Of a stretch of 64,000 nucleotides of DNA, positions 51,646 to 64,000 are shown one piece after another (positions within the stretch are counted from its first letter, which is position 1; the number at the start of each line of letters is the position of its first letter). Origin of the DNA: Chiloscyllium plagiosum. Lineage: Eukaryota. Under the pieces are notes generated by a model, which searched no databases, was not told where the DNA came from, and was given only the letters and a program-made list of their open reading frames with translations. The stretch is from assembly GCF_004010195.1 (NCBI RefSeq), contig NC_057714.1:61219868-61283867 (forward strand), given 5' to 3'. Made by a program: the position numbers and the translations under genes.

Positions 51646-52957
51646 GTCTCCATTGCAAAGACCTTTTTAATCAAAATTGTCCCATTTTGTACATTCAAAA
51701 CAGCTGTAGAGAGCTACATTTTTGCATGGTCCAGGAACTGTTAAAGCTTCCGTATGTGAGTGTACATGCATGGCCAAGAGCATCCTCATGTCACTCATGT
51801 CAATTGGTCACTCCGTCCTGAGCATGTGTCAACTAACATTAAGTTGATGAACAGTGTACAGAAATAATGAATTTAGAAATTAATGAATCACAGGACTTTG
51901 AGTAACAATGACAGCGGAACACTCAGCATTCACTGTGAATACACCACTGAACCACGTTTCAACTTTGAAAGTCTGCACAGATGCGATATTTCACAAAGAT
52001 GTTCGTATATCAAAGATTAATGTTTTACTTTCATCAGCTGTATTGATTCATTGAACTTTTCTTTTTAAAAAAAAGCACATTTTTATTGTCACACTTTGCA
52101 ACATACTTTATTTGACAAAGGAATCCTAGAGGTATGTGAACAGTTTTCATCCGGCTTTACCAAGGGATACCTACAGAAGCTTAAAATGTTGGAAATAGAA
52201 CAATACAAATCTGATTAGCCAGGGCCACGAAACAATAGCTAAGTTAATTGTGTCAACATGAGCTGATCAAATTACCTTCTGGAAAATGCAATTATATTTT
52301 GCTCTATTCCCCTTAATTAGAGCAAGTCACATGACCAGCAAAACGATTTTGAGAGATCATTAGACACATCATTAGGTATGCAGGGAGAACTATTGATGAA
52401 CTGTGGACAAACAGTTGAAGAGCTGCAGCATTCCTCTCCCTCTAATCTTAGAAAATCTCTGAGCCCTTTTGCTTATTGAATCCAACCAGAGATCATTTAA
52501 AGTACCTGGCTTCTGAATTATGCTTACAATTACAAATCAATTAGAATCATCAGTCAGGCTCACAATATGACTTAATTGCATGCACCAGAAGCTACATTTA
52601 TTAATAAACAAGGAGCATTTTTTTTATAGACAAAGAAAATGTATATGCATTGTGCCTGTTTTAACTCAATAAATTAGGTGACAGCCATTTGCTGATTCAT
52701 TTCTCAGGACAATGCCCTGAGAAATCAGATTTAACCTGCCTGGTTTGAATTCTAAACAAAGCCTGGCAGTTAACTGCCACTGATCACAAATTGATACTTT
52801 TTTTTTGGAAACACCTCTACCAGAGTTCATTTGCCACCATTCAGCACTCTCCTCTCATGCAGTATAAAAGTGTTGGTTTTCACTCTGCTTTGATATTCTT
52901 CTGAATTGTCCTAATCAGTGCATGAAAACCTTCAAGAAATGTCTTTTAAACGCAATA

Positions 52958-53116
52958 CAGAGGAACCTCGATTATCTGGCATTAGATTATCCGAATATTA
53001 GATTATCCGGCAAGATCACAAGGTCCCGATGCTCGGCTAAACTACGTTAACTGGCATTCGATTAAACGAACAAAATACTGCCTGCCTGTGTCCTTCGGAT
53101 AATCGAGGTTCCTCCT
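52958..53116. mobile_element. Tigger/mariner-like MITE
   Basis: TA|CAGAGGAACCTCGATTATC ... GATAATCGAGGTTCCTC terminal inverted repeats; internal GATTATCC repeats. Confidence 0.75.
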
Positions 53117-53555
53117 TATTCAAGTTCTGTATGACTAAACGACATTTGAAATCCAATAATATGCATTATAGTTCAGAAGGATCAAAATTATTGAAAACAA
53201 AACCAACATACTGTAGATGCTGGAAATCTGAAAAAAAATTTCTTGGAGAAACTGACTAGGTCTGCAGCATCTGCAGAGAGAGAAACAGTTAACGAGAAAA
53301 CAGAAAAAAGCAGATGCTGGAAGTCAGAAACTAAAACAAAAACTGGTGAATAACCTTAGCAGGTGTGGCAACATCTTTGGAGAAAAAGCAGAGTTAACAT
53401 TTTGAGTCCAATATAACTTCATGAAATAACTCCACAGAGGCCAGTATCCCATCACCAAACAACATTTTATTTATACATGGAGAGTCCTTGAAACTGATCC
53501 AGCTTCGTCAGAGCTCGCTCGCAGTGTGAACAGAATCGCTGACACTCCTGGTCTT

Positions 53556-54005
53556 TTCTTTTTTGCTCTTCTTACACGCGCACTCACACACTGATCCAAC
53601 TCTCAACAGGGAAAACACCCAAGTGGCCAGTGACAAGCAATGCCCCTCACATCAAAGGGTAATGCTGTGTGATCACATTCCCCTTTTTTCTTTTTCACTC
53701 TTTTTTTTTAAATTAACCCCCACACTACCGCCTAACCGCGGTAGTGCTTATTTTTTCCCCAGCACCCATGTGTGTGTGTACAGGTGTGAGACACAGTGAA
53801 AGACACAAAGTGCATGAATCTTTATTCAATTTCCACCACCAGGAAGATAGGAAAACACCCGGGTGGCCAGTGACAAGCAGTGCCCTTCACATCAAAGAGC
53901 AGTGCTGTGTGATCAAAACAGTGAAGGGGAGGGTAGGGACTAAATCAAAATAGAATTGGAGGGAGGACACTCCTGTTCTTTTTTTTTCTTTTTTTTTCTT
54001 TCCTC
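53556..54005 (-). mobile_element. Stacked poly(A)-tailed 3'-end insertions (putative Tx1-like)
   Basis: T-tracts on +, bracketed by GACACTCCTG(T/G)TCTT at 53541, 53966 and 54006. Confidence 0.6.
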
Positions 54006-54789
54006 GACACTCCTGTTCTTATCTGTCAGCCATGGCTCTCTGATTGGACCAGATTAACAGCCCCAATCAGGGAATTCATATTCTACGAGGACCAGCTGCC
54101 CTTTTGAGTGTGAGGACATAGGCCATTTTTATTTGTAGCTTCTCCTGGGGTGCTTTAGCACCTGGTCAGATTCCTTCAACTCTGCCTCTGATATGTGCGG
54201 TGTGTAATGCACAGTAGCTCGCCTCTTGTGCCTGGAGAATCTAGGAAGAAATTCATTCCCTTTAGGTGGTAAAGGCATTGAGGTGGTGACATTTGCCATG
54301 TCCATCTCAGATTCCAAGGTATCTTCAACTCTTGATGGAGAGGGAGAACCCATGGTTTCTGGAACAGTTGGAAATGCTGTTGAGGAACTGGGCACGTTTT
54401 GCTCCCTCACTGTTTGTGAGGTTGCAGCTTTTCTATGGTCCACATGTTTGTTCAGGATTGTCACATCGACCCATACTTTATACATCACTGCACCTGATCT
54501 CACATCGAACATGCTTCTTATCCATGCAGGGCCATTCCTATAGTTCCTACACCAAACTTCATTCGCTGAAGTAAACAATCTCTCTTGCTTATCAGAGTCT
54601 TATATCCAGCATCGGCATTTCTGATGCCATTATTGGCACTCCTGACGCTGCATTCAATTCGGACACCAGACATAACTTCACACCAGCATCTTCATTTTGG
54701 AAACCCTTAGATGATCCTGGTGAACTTCAGTCAGTATCTGGCGGTGACCTTTGCTTGGGACAATCACTCATGATTCCCATAATAATATG

Positions 54790-55080
54790 CCGTCCTCTAC
54801 CATAAGCTGGTCTCTCAAGGTTGAAAGTGCAACCAAAAGCAGAGGAGGAGGTTTTTGAGAAAATCAAAAAGGGAGTGCAAATGCCCACATGCAATATACA
54901 CGTGGTCCACGGACTCCACAGCGCCACAGAACAAGCAGTTGGGCTGGGAGTCCGTGAACCACCGCAATCTGTGGTTGCAGGGGACCACTGCGTGCAGCAC
55001 CCTCCACCCCAGATCCCCAAGAGAAAGGGGGAGGACTCTTCGTAGAGACCCCTCCACTGGGGATCCCCACCGCCCGGTGG
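54790..55080 (-). mobile_element. Tx1/L1-group LINE ORF2 C-terminal zinc-finger fragment
   Basis: DLGWRVLHAVVPCN..L..F....NCLFCGAVESVDHVYIAC (zf-RVT-like CCHC). Confidence 0.8.
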
Positions 55081-55859
55081 GACACTCCTGTTCTTATCTG
55101 TCAGCCAGGGCTTCCTGATTGGAGCAGATTAACAGCCCCAGTCAGGTCACTCATTCTATGAGGTTGACCTGGCTGACCTTGTTACAATCACTACACTTCA
55201 GAACTTGAAGACTCTGAAGAAGAGCTCTATTAGACTCAAAACATTAACTCTATTTCTCCCTCTACGCAAGCTGCCAAATCTACTTAGCTTTTCCAGCAAT
55301 TTTTAAAAAAATGTTATTACCTTCTGTATTATATCAAATGATTTATCAAATGGAATTTTTATTTGAACCTCAAATGTAAGTGAGAGATATAAAACATTCT
55401 TTAAACAGTAATTATCTCATCCTTCTTGGAAATGCTGGTACGGACGGTCACTTGTCCTGAAGAAAGATGAGGCACATCCTGTTCCTATATTAATATTTTC
55501 TAAAGGCCATATAAACAGCAGCTTGCTGCCAAATTATCTATGACCTCAGGATATGGTGATATTAAAAAAAAGTGATTCTATTGATGGCTTGGACATAAAT
55601 GATTTTGTACATTTTTATTCAATACATCCAGCAAGTTTATTTGTCTGGTTGTAATTCCTGAAGAGGACATGTTTCTTTGTCTGCGGATGCTGCCAGACCT
55701 GCTGAGTTTCTTCAGCACTTGCTGGTTTTACTTCAGACCTCTAGTTTCCACAGCACTTTACATTTATCTCAGCTGATTTCAGAATAAAGAGAACAAACAT
55801 TTACTTTCTACCAATCTAATGGTTGGCAGGCTAACTGCAGCTGAACAACTGGCTACCTT

Positions 55860-57770
55860 CATAGAGGAAATGGTTTGGATACAGTCAAGATATATTTCCT
55901 CAAATAAGAAAAGGTAGGACAAATAAATCCAAAGATCTCTGGATAACGACGGAAATAGAAATTAAGTTATACAACAAAAAGTGTCCTTATCGCAGATGTA
56001 TACATACAATTGAAACCCAAGCTGAGTTCAGATGGTTTAGAAACAACATGGAGGAGAAAGTGAGGTCTGCAGATGCTGGAGATCAAAGTTGAAACTTTAT
56101 TGCTGGAACAGCACAGCAATGAGAAAGCAAATGTGAGAAGCAAAGTGGGATCATGAAGAAAAACTAGCAGCTAACATAATGGAAAAGTCCAAAGGTCTTT
56201 TATAAGGACATCAATAGTAAAATGATAAGAAAAGGAAGAGTGACATTAATTAGATGGGATTTGCACATGGAGGCAAGAGGCACAGCTCAAGTTTTATATT
56301 AATACTTTTGCATCTGTCTTTGCCTACAACTTTTCTTAATGTTGATAGGCATCAGGACCGGATAGATACGTCCAAGGATACGGAAAGAAATAAGTGGAAA
56401 TCACAAGGGCACTGGCAATAATCTTTCAGTCTTCCCTTGAGTCAGGGGTGGTGCCGAAGGACTGCAGTATTACAACCATTGTATTGCTAAAAAAAAGTTG
56501 CACATTTTTGTCTAACAGTCAGTTTAGCTTCAATGATGAGGAAACTTCTAGAAGCAATCATTTAGGATAGAATTAATAGTCTCATTAAAAAAAGTAAATA
56601 AATTTGGAAGAATCAGCACAGATTTGTTAAATGAGATTTGTGTCTAACTAATTTTCAGGAGTTTTTCTACAGAGGTAACAGAGAGGGTTGATGAGGGAAA
56701 GACTGTTGATGTGAATACATGTGGACTTCCAAAAGGTATCAGCCCTGAGGAAATATTTAGGCCATGAAATAAAGGGACAGTAGCAACATAAATACAAAAT
56801 TGGCTGAGGGAAACAAAGCAGGGTAGAATAGCTTATAGGTATTTATTGGCCTGGTAAAAAGGTTCATAGTGGAGATCCCCAGGACATTGGTTGTTGGATT
56901 CTTGCTTTTCCTGATATATGTTAATGATCTAAATTATAGTGTACAGGTGACAATTCAAAGTTTGTGGACAACACAAAACAAAACTGAAGAGGGCAGTGTT
57001 GAATTTCTAAAGGGCAGTGATATGTTGGCAGAGTGGATGGATAGATAGGTAAATGATGGTATGCTATTTGGCATGCAGGAGAATTGAGATCTTGATGCAT
57101 ACCTAAAGCAGTCATTAAAAGTGGAAGGACAGGTAAAGACAGTGATTAGTAAACATTACAGTCTTACAGACTTCTTGAATCGGGGTACAAGAGCAGAGAA
57201 GTTGTGATAAACTTACAGAAAAATCTGGTAAGACATCAACTGGAATATTGTAGAGTTCTGGGCATCACGCTGTAGGAAGGATGTGAAGGATGACATTGGA
57301 GAAGAGGTCTGCAAGAATTATTCTCGGGATAAGATGCTTTTGTTATTAGGAAAGACTGAGGAGGCTGCGACTGTTTTCATTGGAGAGGAGAAGGTTAAGT
57401 GGAGATGAGATAGAAAATTTCAATATCGCGAAGGGTTTGGACAGAGTGGATAGGGAGACAGAGTGGATAGGGAAAAACTGGTCCCACTTCTAAATGGATC
57501 GAGAACCAGACAGCACATTCTTAATGTGTTTTGCAAACAAACAAAGCAAGTATGAAGTACAGCAGGTATTTAAGGTGTAGAATGTACTGCCTGGAAGCAT
57601 AGTAGCACACAGCCAATTAAGACATTCAAGAGGGCATTGGATGATTATTTAAAGAGTAGCTATGTACAGAATTAGGAGAATAAGCAGGAAATAGACTCCC
57701 AGTTAAAATGCACAGATAGCCACTGCAGACAAGATAGGCTGAGTGGCCTCCTCTTGCGTTGTTAAAATTC
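55860..57770 (+). mobile_element. Old CR1 ORF2 region (family A fragment nested at 56051-56118)
   Basis: Degenerate QHRFVK..CLTNF.EF, EVTERVDEG, CR1 tail. Confidence 0.7.
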
Positions 57771-58518
57771 TGTGAAGAATATTAATTGTAAAATTAAGAT
57801 GTAGTACTGTCAACTTAGCTGCATAAGTAACTAGATTAAAATTTCCCAAACGTGTTGCACCTTGGATTTTTTTGGGCTTATCGTGGCCTATCAAACTGGG
57901 CTACAGCATACGGCTGGCATCATCAGAATCATTAAGAGTAAGTTTAACCGCGAGTTATGCTGCAGAAAAAGAAATTTCTAGATTGGCATATCCATCATCT
58001 GGCTACTGTCTCAATTACCACCACACCTACTTTTCCGGCTATTAAATATCAGGTTGGAGAATACTGTCCATATCATTTAATCATTGACTCTATTTTCTGC
58101 ATGTACCTTTGTTAATAAAACAAATTTTACACACATTCACAGAGCGACATTTCTCTTGATGTCTTTGAGCTGCCACATTGTTTAATGTTTACTCATCACC
58201 GCTTGTAAGGAACTCTTAAAGATTGACTTCCGCAGGTTTGCAACAACTCACATGATTCATATATGATGTGGGAGAATATTAATACTCAAAGAGTTGGGTG
58301 GTGCTAATAACCCACTATCTGACTAATGCCCAACAGGAAATCTACTCTGGATTCGTTCACATTTCTGGGTGGTACATTTTCACACGATGCAGGGCCAAGG
58401 CAATCATTCCAGAAGGAAAAATGTAGTGGATATTTTTAAATGGGAATGTTAAGTTGGATTAACTCTTCAGACCTGAATTAATAAATTCAAATCGGCACAC
58501 GAGATGTCTGAATAATAA

Positions 58519-59078
58519 AGTCATAGAGTTGTACAACACGGAAACAGATCCTTCGGTCCAACTCATCCATGCTGACCAGATATCCTAAATTGATCTAATC
58601 CTATTTGCTAACATTTGGCTCATTTCCTTCCCAACTCTTCCTATTCAAATACCCATCCAGATGCCTTTTAAATGTTGTAATTGTACCAGCCTCTACCACT
58701 TCCTCTGGCAGCTCATTCCAAACATGGACCACCCTCTGTGTGAAAAAGTTGCCCCTTAGGTCCCTTTTATAGCTTACCTGTCTCACCTTAAACCTATACT
58801 GTCCTGTTATGGACTCCCCTAACCCAGGGAAAAGACCTTGAATATTCACTGTATTCATACCTCTCATGATTTTATTAAGTCACCCGCCAGCCTCCAACAT
58901 TCCAGGGAAAACAGCCCCTGTCTATTCAGCCTCTCCCTAGAGCTTAAACATTCCAACCCTGGCAACATCTTTGCAAATCTTTTCTGAACCCTTTCAAGTT
59001 TCACAACATCATTCCTATAGCAAGGAAACCAGAAATGAATGCAGTATTCTAAAAGTGGCCTAACCAATGTCCTGTACA
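58519..59078 (-). mobile_element. 5'-truncated CR1
   Basis: YRTLVRPLLEYCIHFWFP; FFTQRVVHVWNELP. Confidence 0.9.
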
Positions 59079-59229
59079 TAATAATGGTGATTATTTTTTG
59101 TCGATGTCATAGTGAGAGAAGCAGCAGCGGTGGAAATATCACCATATTGCTTGTGGATAAGCCATTTTCACTTATTGTGGAAATACTGGCTATGGTACAG
59201 TCACTGTAGGGATTGACAGAAAACAAAAG

Positions 59230-59427
59230 GATAATTAGGTAGGATGCCAGAGAGAAATCCTGTTACAGTATCTTTTATGAGCACCCAGGAACTGACAAGT
59301 TTTAATATAGCATCTCATCTAATTCCTCAGTACAGCACTTAAGTAGCTGCCTCAGCATTGTATTCATGCGTCTGGAATGACGTTTGAACCCACGACTAGA
59401 TGACTTAGAGTGCTACCATTGAGCCAT
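59230..59427 (-). mobile_element. Old tRNA-derived SINE (possibly SacSINE1/Deu-type)
   Basis: Minus strand TGGCTCAATGGTAGCACTCT...GTGGGTTCAAAC (A and B boxes); family assignment is from recall only. Confidence 0.45.
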
Positions 59428-60707
59428 GTCTTACATTAAAAGGTCTTGCACAAGTGTAATTTTTCTTTCTTAGTTGGGAGAGGCTGCTCGATAGATGGTG
59501 CATTCTTGGTGGAGGTGCAGTTAATTAGGTTATCTCCTGTGAATTGTCTTGTTACTGTCTGAAAGTTAGGTATTTAATTTTAAAAAGAGAGGAACGAGGA
59601 GAGTTAAATGACCATAGGAAGAATTGTCCAAGTTACCCAGTAGGGAGAAATTAAGGGATCAAGATGTGGATGATGGGGTAGATTGTTCAAGGCAAGCTCA
59701 AGGTTATTGCCGTATGAGGTCTGTTGTTGCAGTTCTCCAGCCTTGATGGGTGTGGTTACTTTGAGAGGTGATTATGTACTCTGGATTATGTGGGTTTAAG
59801 AAAAATGTCAAGAGTTCTTGGCTTTAGCTATCCAAAAACACTGGCTCATTGTTAATGAATTGTTTTTCCTGAATGTTTAGTTCTCTGTAGTCTCTCACAC
59901 ACTTTCATTTCACGCAAATCTAACCTGACAGAGTTCTATTTTTTAAAAAATGACATTTCCCATCAGCTTGCGACAAAGAAATTTGCATTGCATTCCAATG
60001 ATTCAGCACTAGCTGCTATTAAATCTCTCCTCAAACAGCAACCAGCTAATTGTAAACAATGAAGTTCAAAAATTAAAATGTAAAATAAAGGGGTATTTCC
60101 CTACAACAAAAATCCAGCCTGCTTTAGACTAAGTGTATATGCAACAAAACTGATTTAGCAATCAACTAGACATGTCTAACAGACCACAACAAGTACTACT
60201 GCACCTTCATCTTCTCTGTTAAAACTGTTCACTACTCCAGGATTAATGAAAGAAATCTCCCGAAAATTTGCCAATCTACCCTCAACTCCAACAACTCTGT
60301 CCTGATCTGTTCTTCTTCTTCAGCTACACAGGTCACAGAACTGTTACAGCACAGAAAGAGACCACTTGGTCTTTTGTGTCTACACCACTTTTCCATCAGA
60401 ATAACTTACCTAATGCCACTCACACCCCACTCCCCACAGCCCTGTAGATTCTCTTCTCAGATAAAAAAGCAATACCTCAATGTAATTTGGCTCTAGCACA
60501 ATCTCAGACAGTGCAATCCAGATCTTTGCTGTGCGAACCAGTTTTCATCATGTCACCACATTTTTTGTACCAGTTACCTTAAATCTGCACCTTCTTACTC
60601 TCAGTCCTTCCACAAACAGGAAGACTTTTTAATCCCCCATCTGTCATGATTTTGAATCCCATCTCCAAGACAAACAAGGATGGGAAATAAATACCCATAA
60701 ACATTTA

Positions 60708-60924
60708 CAAGCAGTCCCCGGATTGTGAACGAATTCTGTTCTCGAGTCCGTTCACAAATCAATTTGTACACAAGATGAAAGACAATGCAAAATGTTATAA
60801 AGTAGCTGTTTGTAACTACAGGAAATATTTCAGTGTCAGATCTTTAAAATTACATCCTCTTATGAAATCACCTTTGTTAATACAAGCGACTGCAAGTCAA
60901 ACATTCATAAGTTGGAGACCATTG
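60708..60924. mobile_element. Old Tigger-like MITE
   Basis: TA|CAAGCAGTCCCCGGATTGTGAAC ... TTCATAAGTTGGAGACCATTG|TA imperfect terminal inverted repeats. Confidence 0.55.
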
Positions 60925-61409
60925 TATTCCATTTCCCTACCAATTTTCTGAAATATTCTTATCAAATATAGCCTTCCTCTTTATGTTGTCATTCCTGATT
61001 AGCCTTTAACCTTCCAAATTTTATCTTGTATTGTGAACCAAATAATCGACAAAAGGAATTAGGGCTGATTGGCCTAAGACTTACTTTCTTTCTCTCTTTT
61101 CTCCCTATCCTTGAACATGGTTGAGTACTGCGTATCCTCAAAATATTTGCCATTCTACCAATTTATCAAAACTGTTTGTAAACAATGTTTAATGATATGA
61201 CCATCTTCTCACTGATTGTACAATCATATTCAAGTCTTAGGATTTCAAGGAAACTCACAATCACTCATTCATACAATTGGCCATTGACTTTGAATGTGAA
61301 GACACTGCACCCTATTGAGTACCAGGTAACATCCAACTTCCCGATACATAACAACTTTAAAATTCAGAGGCAGTTATATAAACTTACAGCAAGAACATGG
61401 TGCACTTAC

Positions 61410-61554
61410 TTTTAAATCAAGGTGGACGATGTTGTTTCGGTGCAAGAAAGTCACACCCTCTAATATCTGCCTCATGAGCCGTTTGACATCTTTTTCTTTG
61501 AAGGCCTCTTCCCTCTCGGCTACACATTGGTTAAAAATTTCACCTCCAGCAGCA
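61410..61554 (-). CDS. STK17A: STK17A coding exon, 145 nt (catalytic loop); upstream exons lie beyond the window
   Basis: ccacag|[48 protein letters not shown]|gtaagt. Confidence 0.95.
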
Positions 61555-62849
61555 CTGTGGAAGAGAGTAAAGAAGTTATTGTAACTCAATTTAAGTGCGT
61601 TGGTAATAAGGATTAAAAAAAAACCCACAAATATGCCCCAAACACTTTCTTTGCTCAGCTACTAAAGATGTACTCCAGAAGGAAACCCCAGCATGACTAT
61701 CACACATCTTTTTGCACAACTCCCTGTTTTCTTTACATTTCGAAAATAAATAGTAACACAATGGTTGAGCATGCCTTGGACACTACACCAGGACACTTGT
61801 TATATTCCTACCCAAGACAGTACATTATAATCATTCATGGTGCTCGTAGATAACCTGCTCACACACAAGGGTAGGATGAGTGTGAAAATCTACCCCACTG
61901 TTATATTCCCTTAAGGAATATTAAGCCAAATTTAAGAACAAAATAATTTGCAATTTTTTTTTTAAATGTTTCAAGTTAGTTAAGAATCTATCATTTGCAA
62001 GCAATACAATGTTACAGGCTGTACTGAAAATAGATCATTGCATCATTTGCCTGTGATATCTTTGCAAATTGTAACACTTCTTCCACAAAGCAAAATGGTT
62101 TTCAAATCTGTTTTTCACTATGTCAATATCCTAATTAACTTCACTGGGCATAATACAGAGATATCATGCAGTGCTATGCTATTAACGAGATTCAGCTAAC
62201 TCTCAACATCATTGTACATTCTGATCTGCTTCCAATTACAAAAATATTCTTCAAGAACTCGAAATATTTCATGTGGAAAACAAAATCTATGAAGTTAATA
62301 GAACTTTTCATTATAAACAATGAGGAGAATAAAAGGTTGGTTTTGGAGTGAACAGTAAATGAAAATTGTTTGCACCTTCACTACTTTGTATACTTTGAAA
62401 CTGTTACATTAATAATAAGGATTGGCACACAAAAATATTCCCCTGCTTATATTCGTGATTCTGTTCAAAGAAATATTGGGGAGATGGGAAAATGGAAAGA
62501 GGTTTTATTATTCAGGTTTAAATATATGGTGTGGCTAATAGTCAGATTGTCATTTATAGTGTAAGTAACAGAATCATAAATTTAAATAAAAGTAGACTAA
62601 AATCCTACCTACATCCTTACAATACCTGCACACAGTAGTTTTGTCTGTCTGTTCAGTTATCTTTCCTGATGTTAAATTATATGTCTATTAACTTAATCAA
62701 GGAAAATGCAAACTAGTGTTTAATTGAAGTCAAAATTGCTTTCAAGTATTATTCACAAATAAACAAGCAAGATGCAATTTATTCCCAATGCTACATGGAA
62801 ATCACAACAAGAGAACTGGAGGCTTAGCCCAACCAGTTGCTATTGGCCA

Positions 62850-62952
62850 TGTTCTGAAGAAAGGTCTCTGGTCTCAAAATGTTAACTCTGCCTTCTCTCC
62901 ACTGATGCTGCCAGACATGCTGAGTTTTTCCAGCAATTGTGTTTTTGTTTCA
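62850..62952 (+). mobile_element. Family B single arm, decayed
   Basis: gttctgaagaaaggtctctggtctcaaaatgttaactctg plus family B tail. Confidence 0.65.
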
Positions 62953-64000
62953 GTCTCTGTTAGGATTTAGCTACCATATGAGCAGAAGTCTTATTCCATG
63001 TTCTTGCTCCTTTTCTGATCTCTTTATGCATTTCTCCTTCAGCTACCGATTTACCTTACTGTTAAATGTAGCAATGCTCTCCACTATGGTGTAATGGTTT
63101 AGCAGAGTGAGCCTATGGGATTGTGACTTAATGATAGTGTAACATCACATGCAGATTTCATGGAGGAGACACTCTGAACATGCGTGGTCAATGTCTGTAG
63201 TGTTAGTATAGAAATAGAAGGCCATCATTTTGCAGAATCAGGTAAGAGACAAGAACACCCATCAGACCAACCAGATGATGAAATATGGTGGCAACAAGGT
63301 GACAGTGCATAGAACTGAAATCTTACAGAAAAGAATCCAAAAGATTCCACAACTGAAAAAGCCAAATCATAACTGTGCAAAACTACAGCAATATCTTCAA
63401 TCTACAGTTGAAATTACGATAGAAAAAGCCACGTCTATGACTTAGCAGCAAGCAGACATTGTGACCTAGGAGCATAGCAAAAGCCAAGTCAATGGCAGAG
63501 CTTCAAGCAGGCAAGAGGATGGAAGCACCACTGCTACTACCCAACTCGCATCCGAGAGAAAAAGGCTTGCATTTGGCGTTATTGTGAAATGACTTGAGAC
63601 TTGCTTCCACAGATATCAACCAAGCTCAGGATTGGAGAAAAACGAGTAACACGCTCTGGTCTGTGCATTCACCCCATACCCCCATTGGAGATGATTTGCT
63701 GACAAAACAAGATGTGGATGGAACGTTACCTTTTCACAACAAAGTCCACGACACATTTTTCAGCTTCCAAGAAAACTTAATAATCAAATGGGCTAGCTTC
63801 AATAAATGGGAGGTAATGACCAGGCGAGTTTAGCTCTTTGATATTATTTTTGGATGAGGCACTGGTGGATATTTTGCAATCCAAAAGATCACTTAACATT
63901 CATGAAGGCATTACCATTCTTACTCCTGAAGGTTTGTAATGGTTCAACAAGACACCTCACCACCATCATTCTTAGGGCAATTGGGGATGGATAATAAATG

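Larger units (their letters stand above)
53422..55195 (-). mobile_element. Internally deleted Gypsy-type LTR element
   Basis: TG...CA ends; CTTCA TSD at 53417-53421 and 55196-55200; two copies of the LTR segment (54006-54090, 55081-55163); integrase C-terminal-like VWCRNYRNGPAWI...MYKV...KHVDH (54129-54578). Confidence 0.8.

Noticed and set aside
52690-52950. Possible fifth hammerhead family (cctaatcagtgcatgaaaacc)
   Set aside because: Core too degenerate to support from a single copy
61555-64000. STK17A upstream exon (GKFAVV...LEY)
   Set aside because: No matching frame or splice sites found; presumably beyond the window

Overview
Vertebrate genomic DNA. The CR1/HER1-type LINEs and HE1-type V-SINEs point to a shark (inference); there is one 63-nt N gap. 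Two spliced genes face each other tail to tail: a complete four-exon COA1 CDS on + (2702-9196, 137 aa) and the last five coding exons of STK17A/DRAK1 on - (61554 to 14913), including a 33.7-kb repeat-filled intron. Most of the rest is decayed CR1 and L2 LINEs, tRNA-derived SINEs, a solo LTR, a deleted Gypsy element and two Tigger-like MITEs. Two signals stand out. (1) At least four families of 150-250-bp non-coding insertions, mostly hairpin-shaped and often flanked by target-site duplications (TSDs), carry minimal type I hammerhead-ribozyme cores (CTGAnGA-stem II-GAAAC-GTC). A 1.4-kb head-to-head Penelope GIY-YIG palindrome carries the same motif. (2) A Tx1-like LINE appears to have inserted repeatedly at one 15-bp site (GACACTCCTGTTCTT) in both LTRs of the Gypsy element. 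All alignments and folds were read by eye, and repeat boundaries are approximate.
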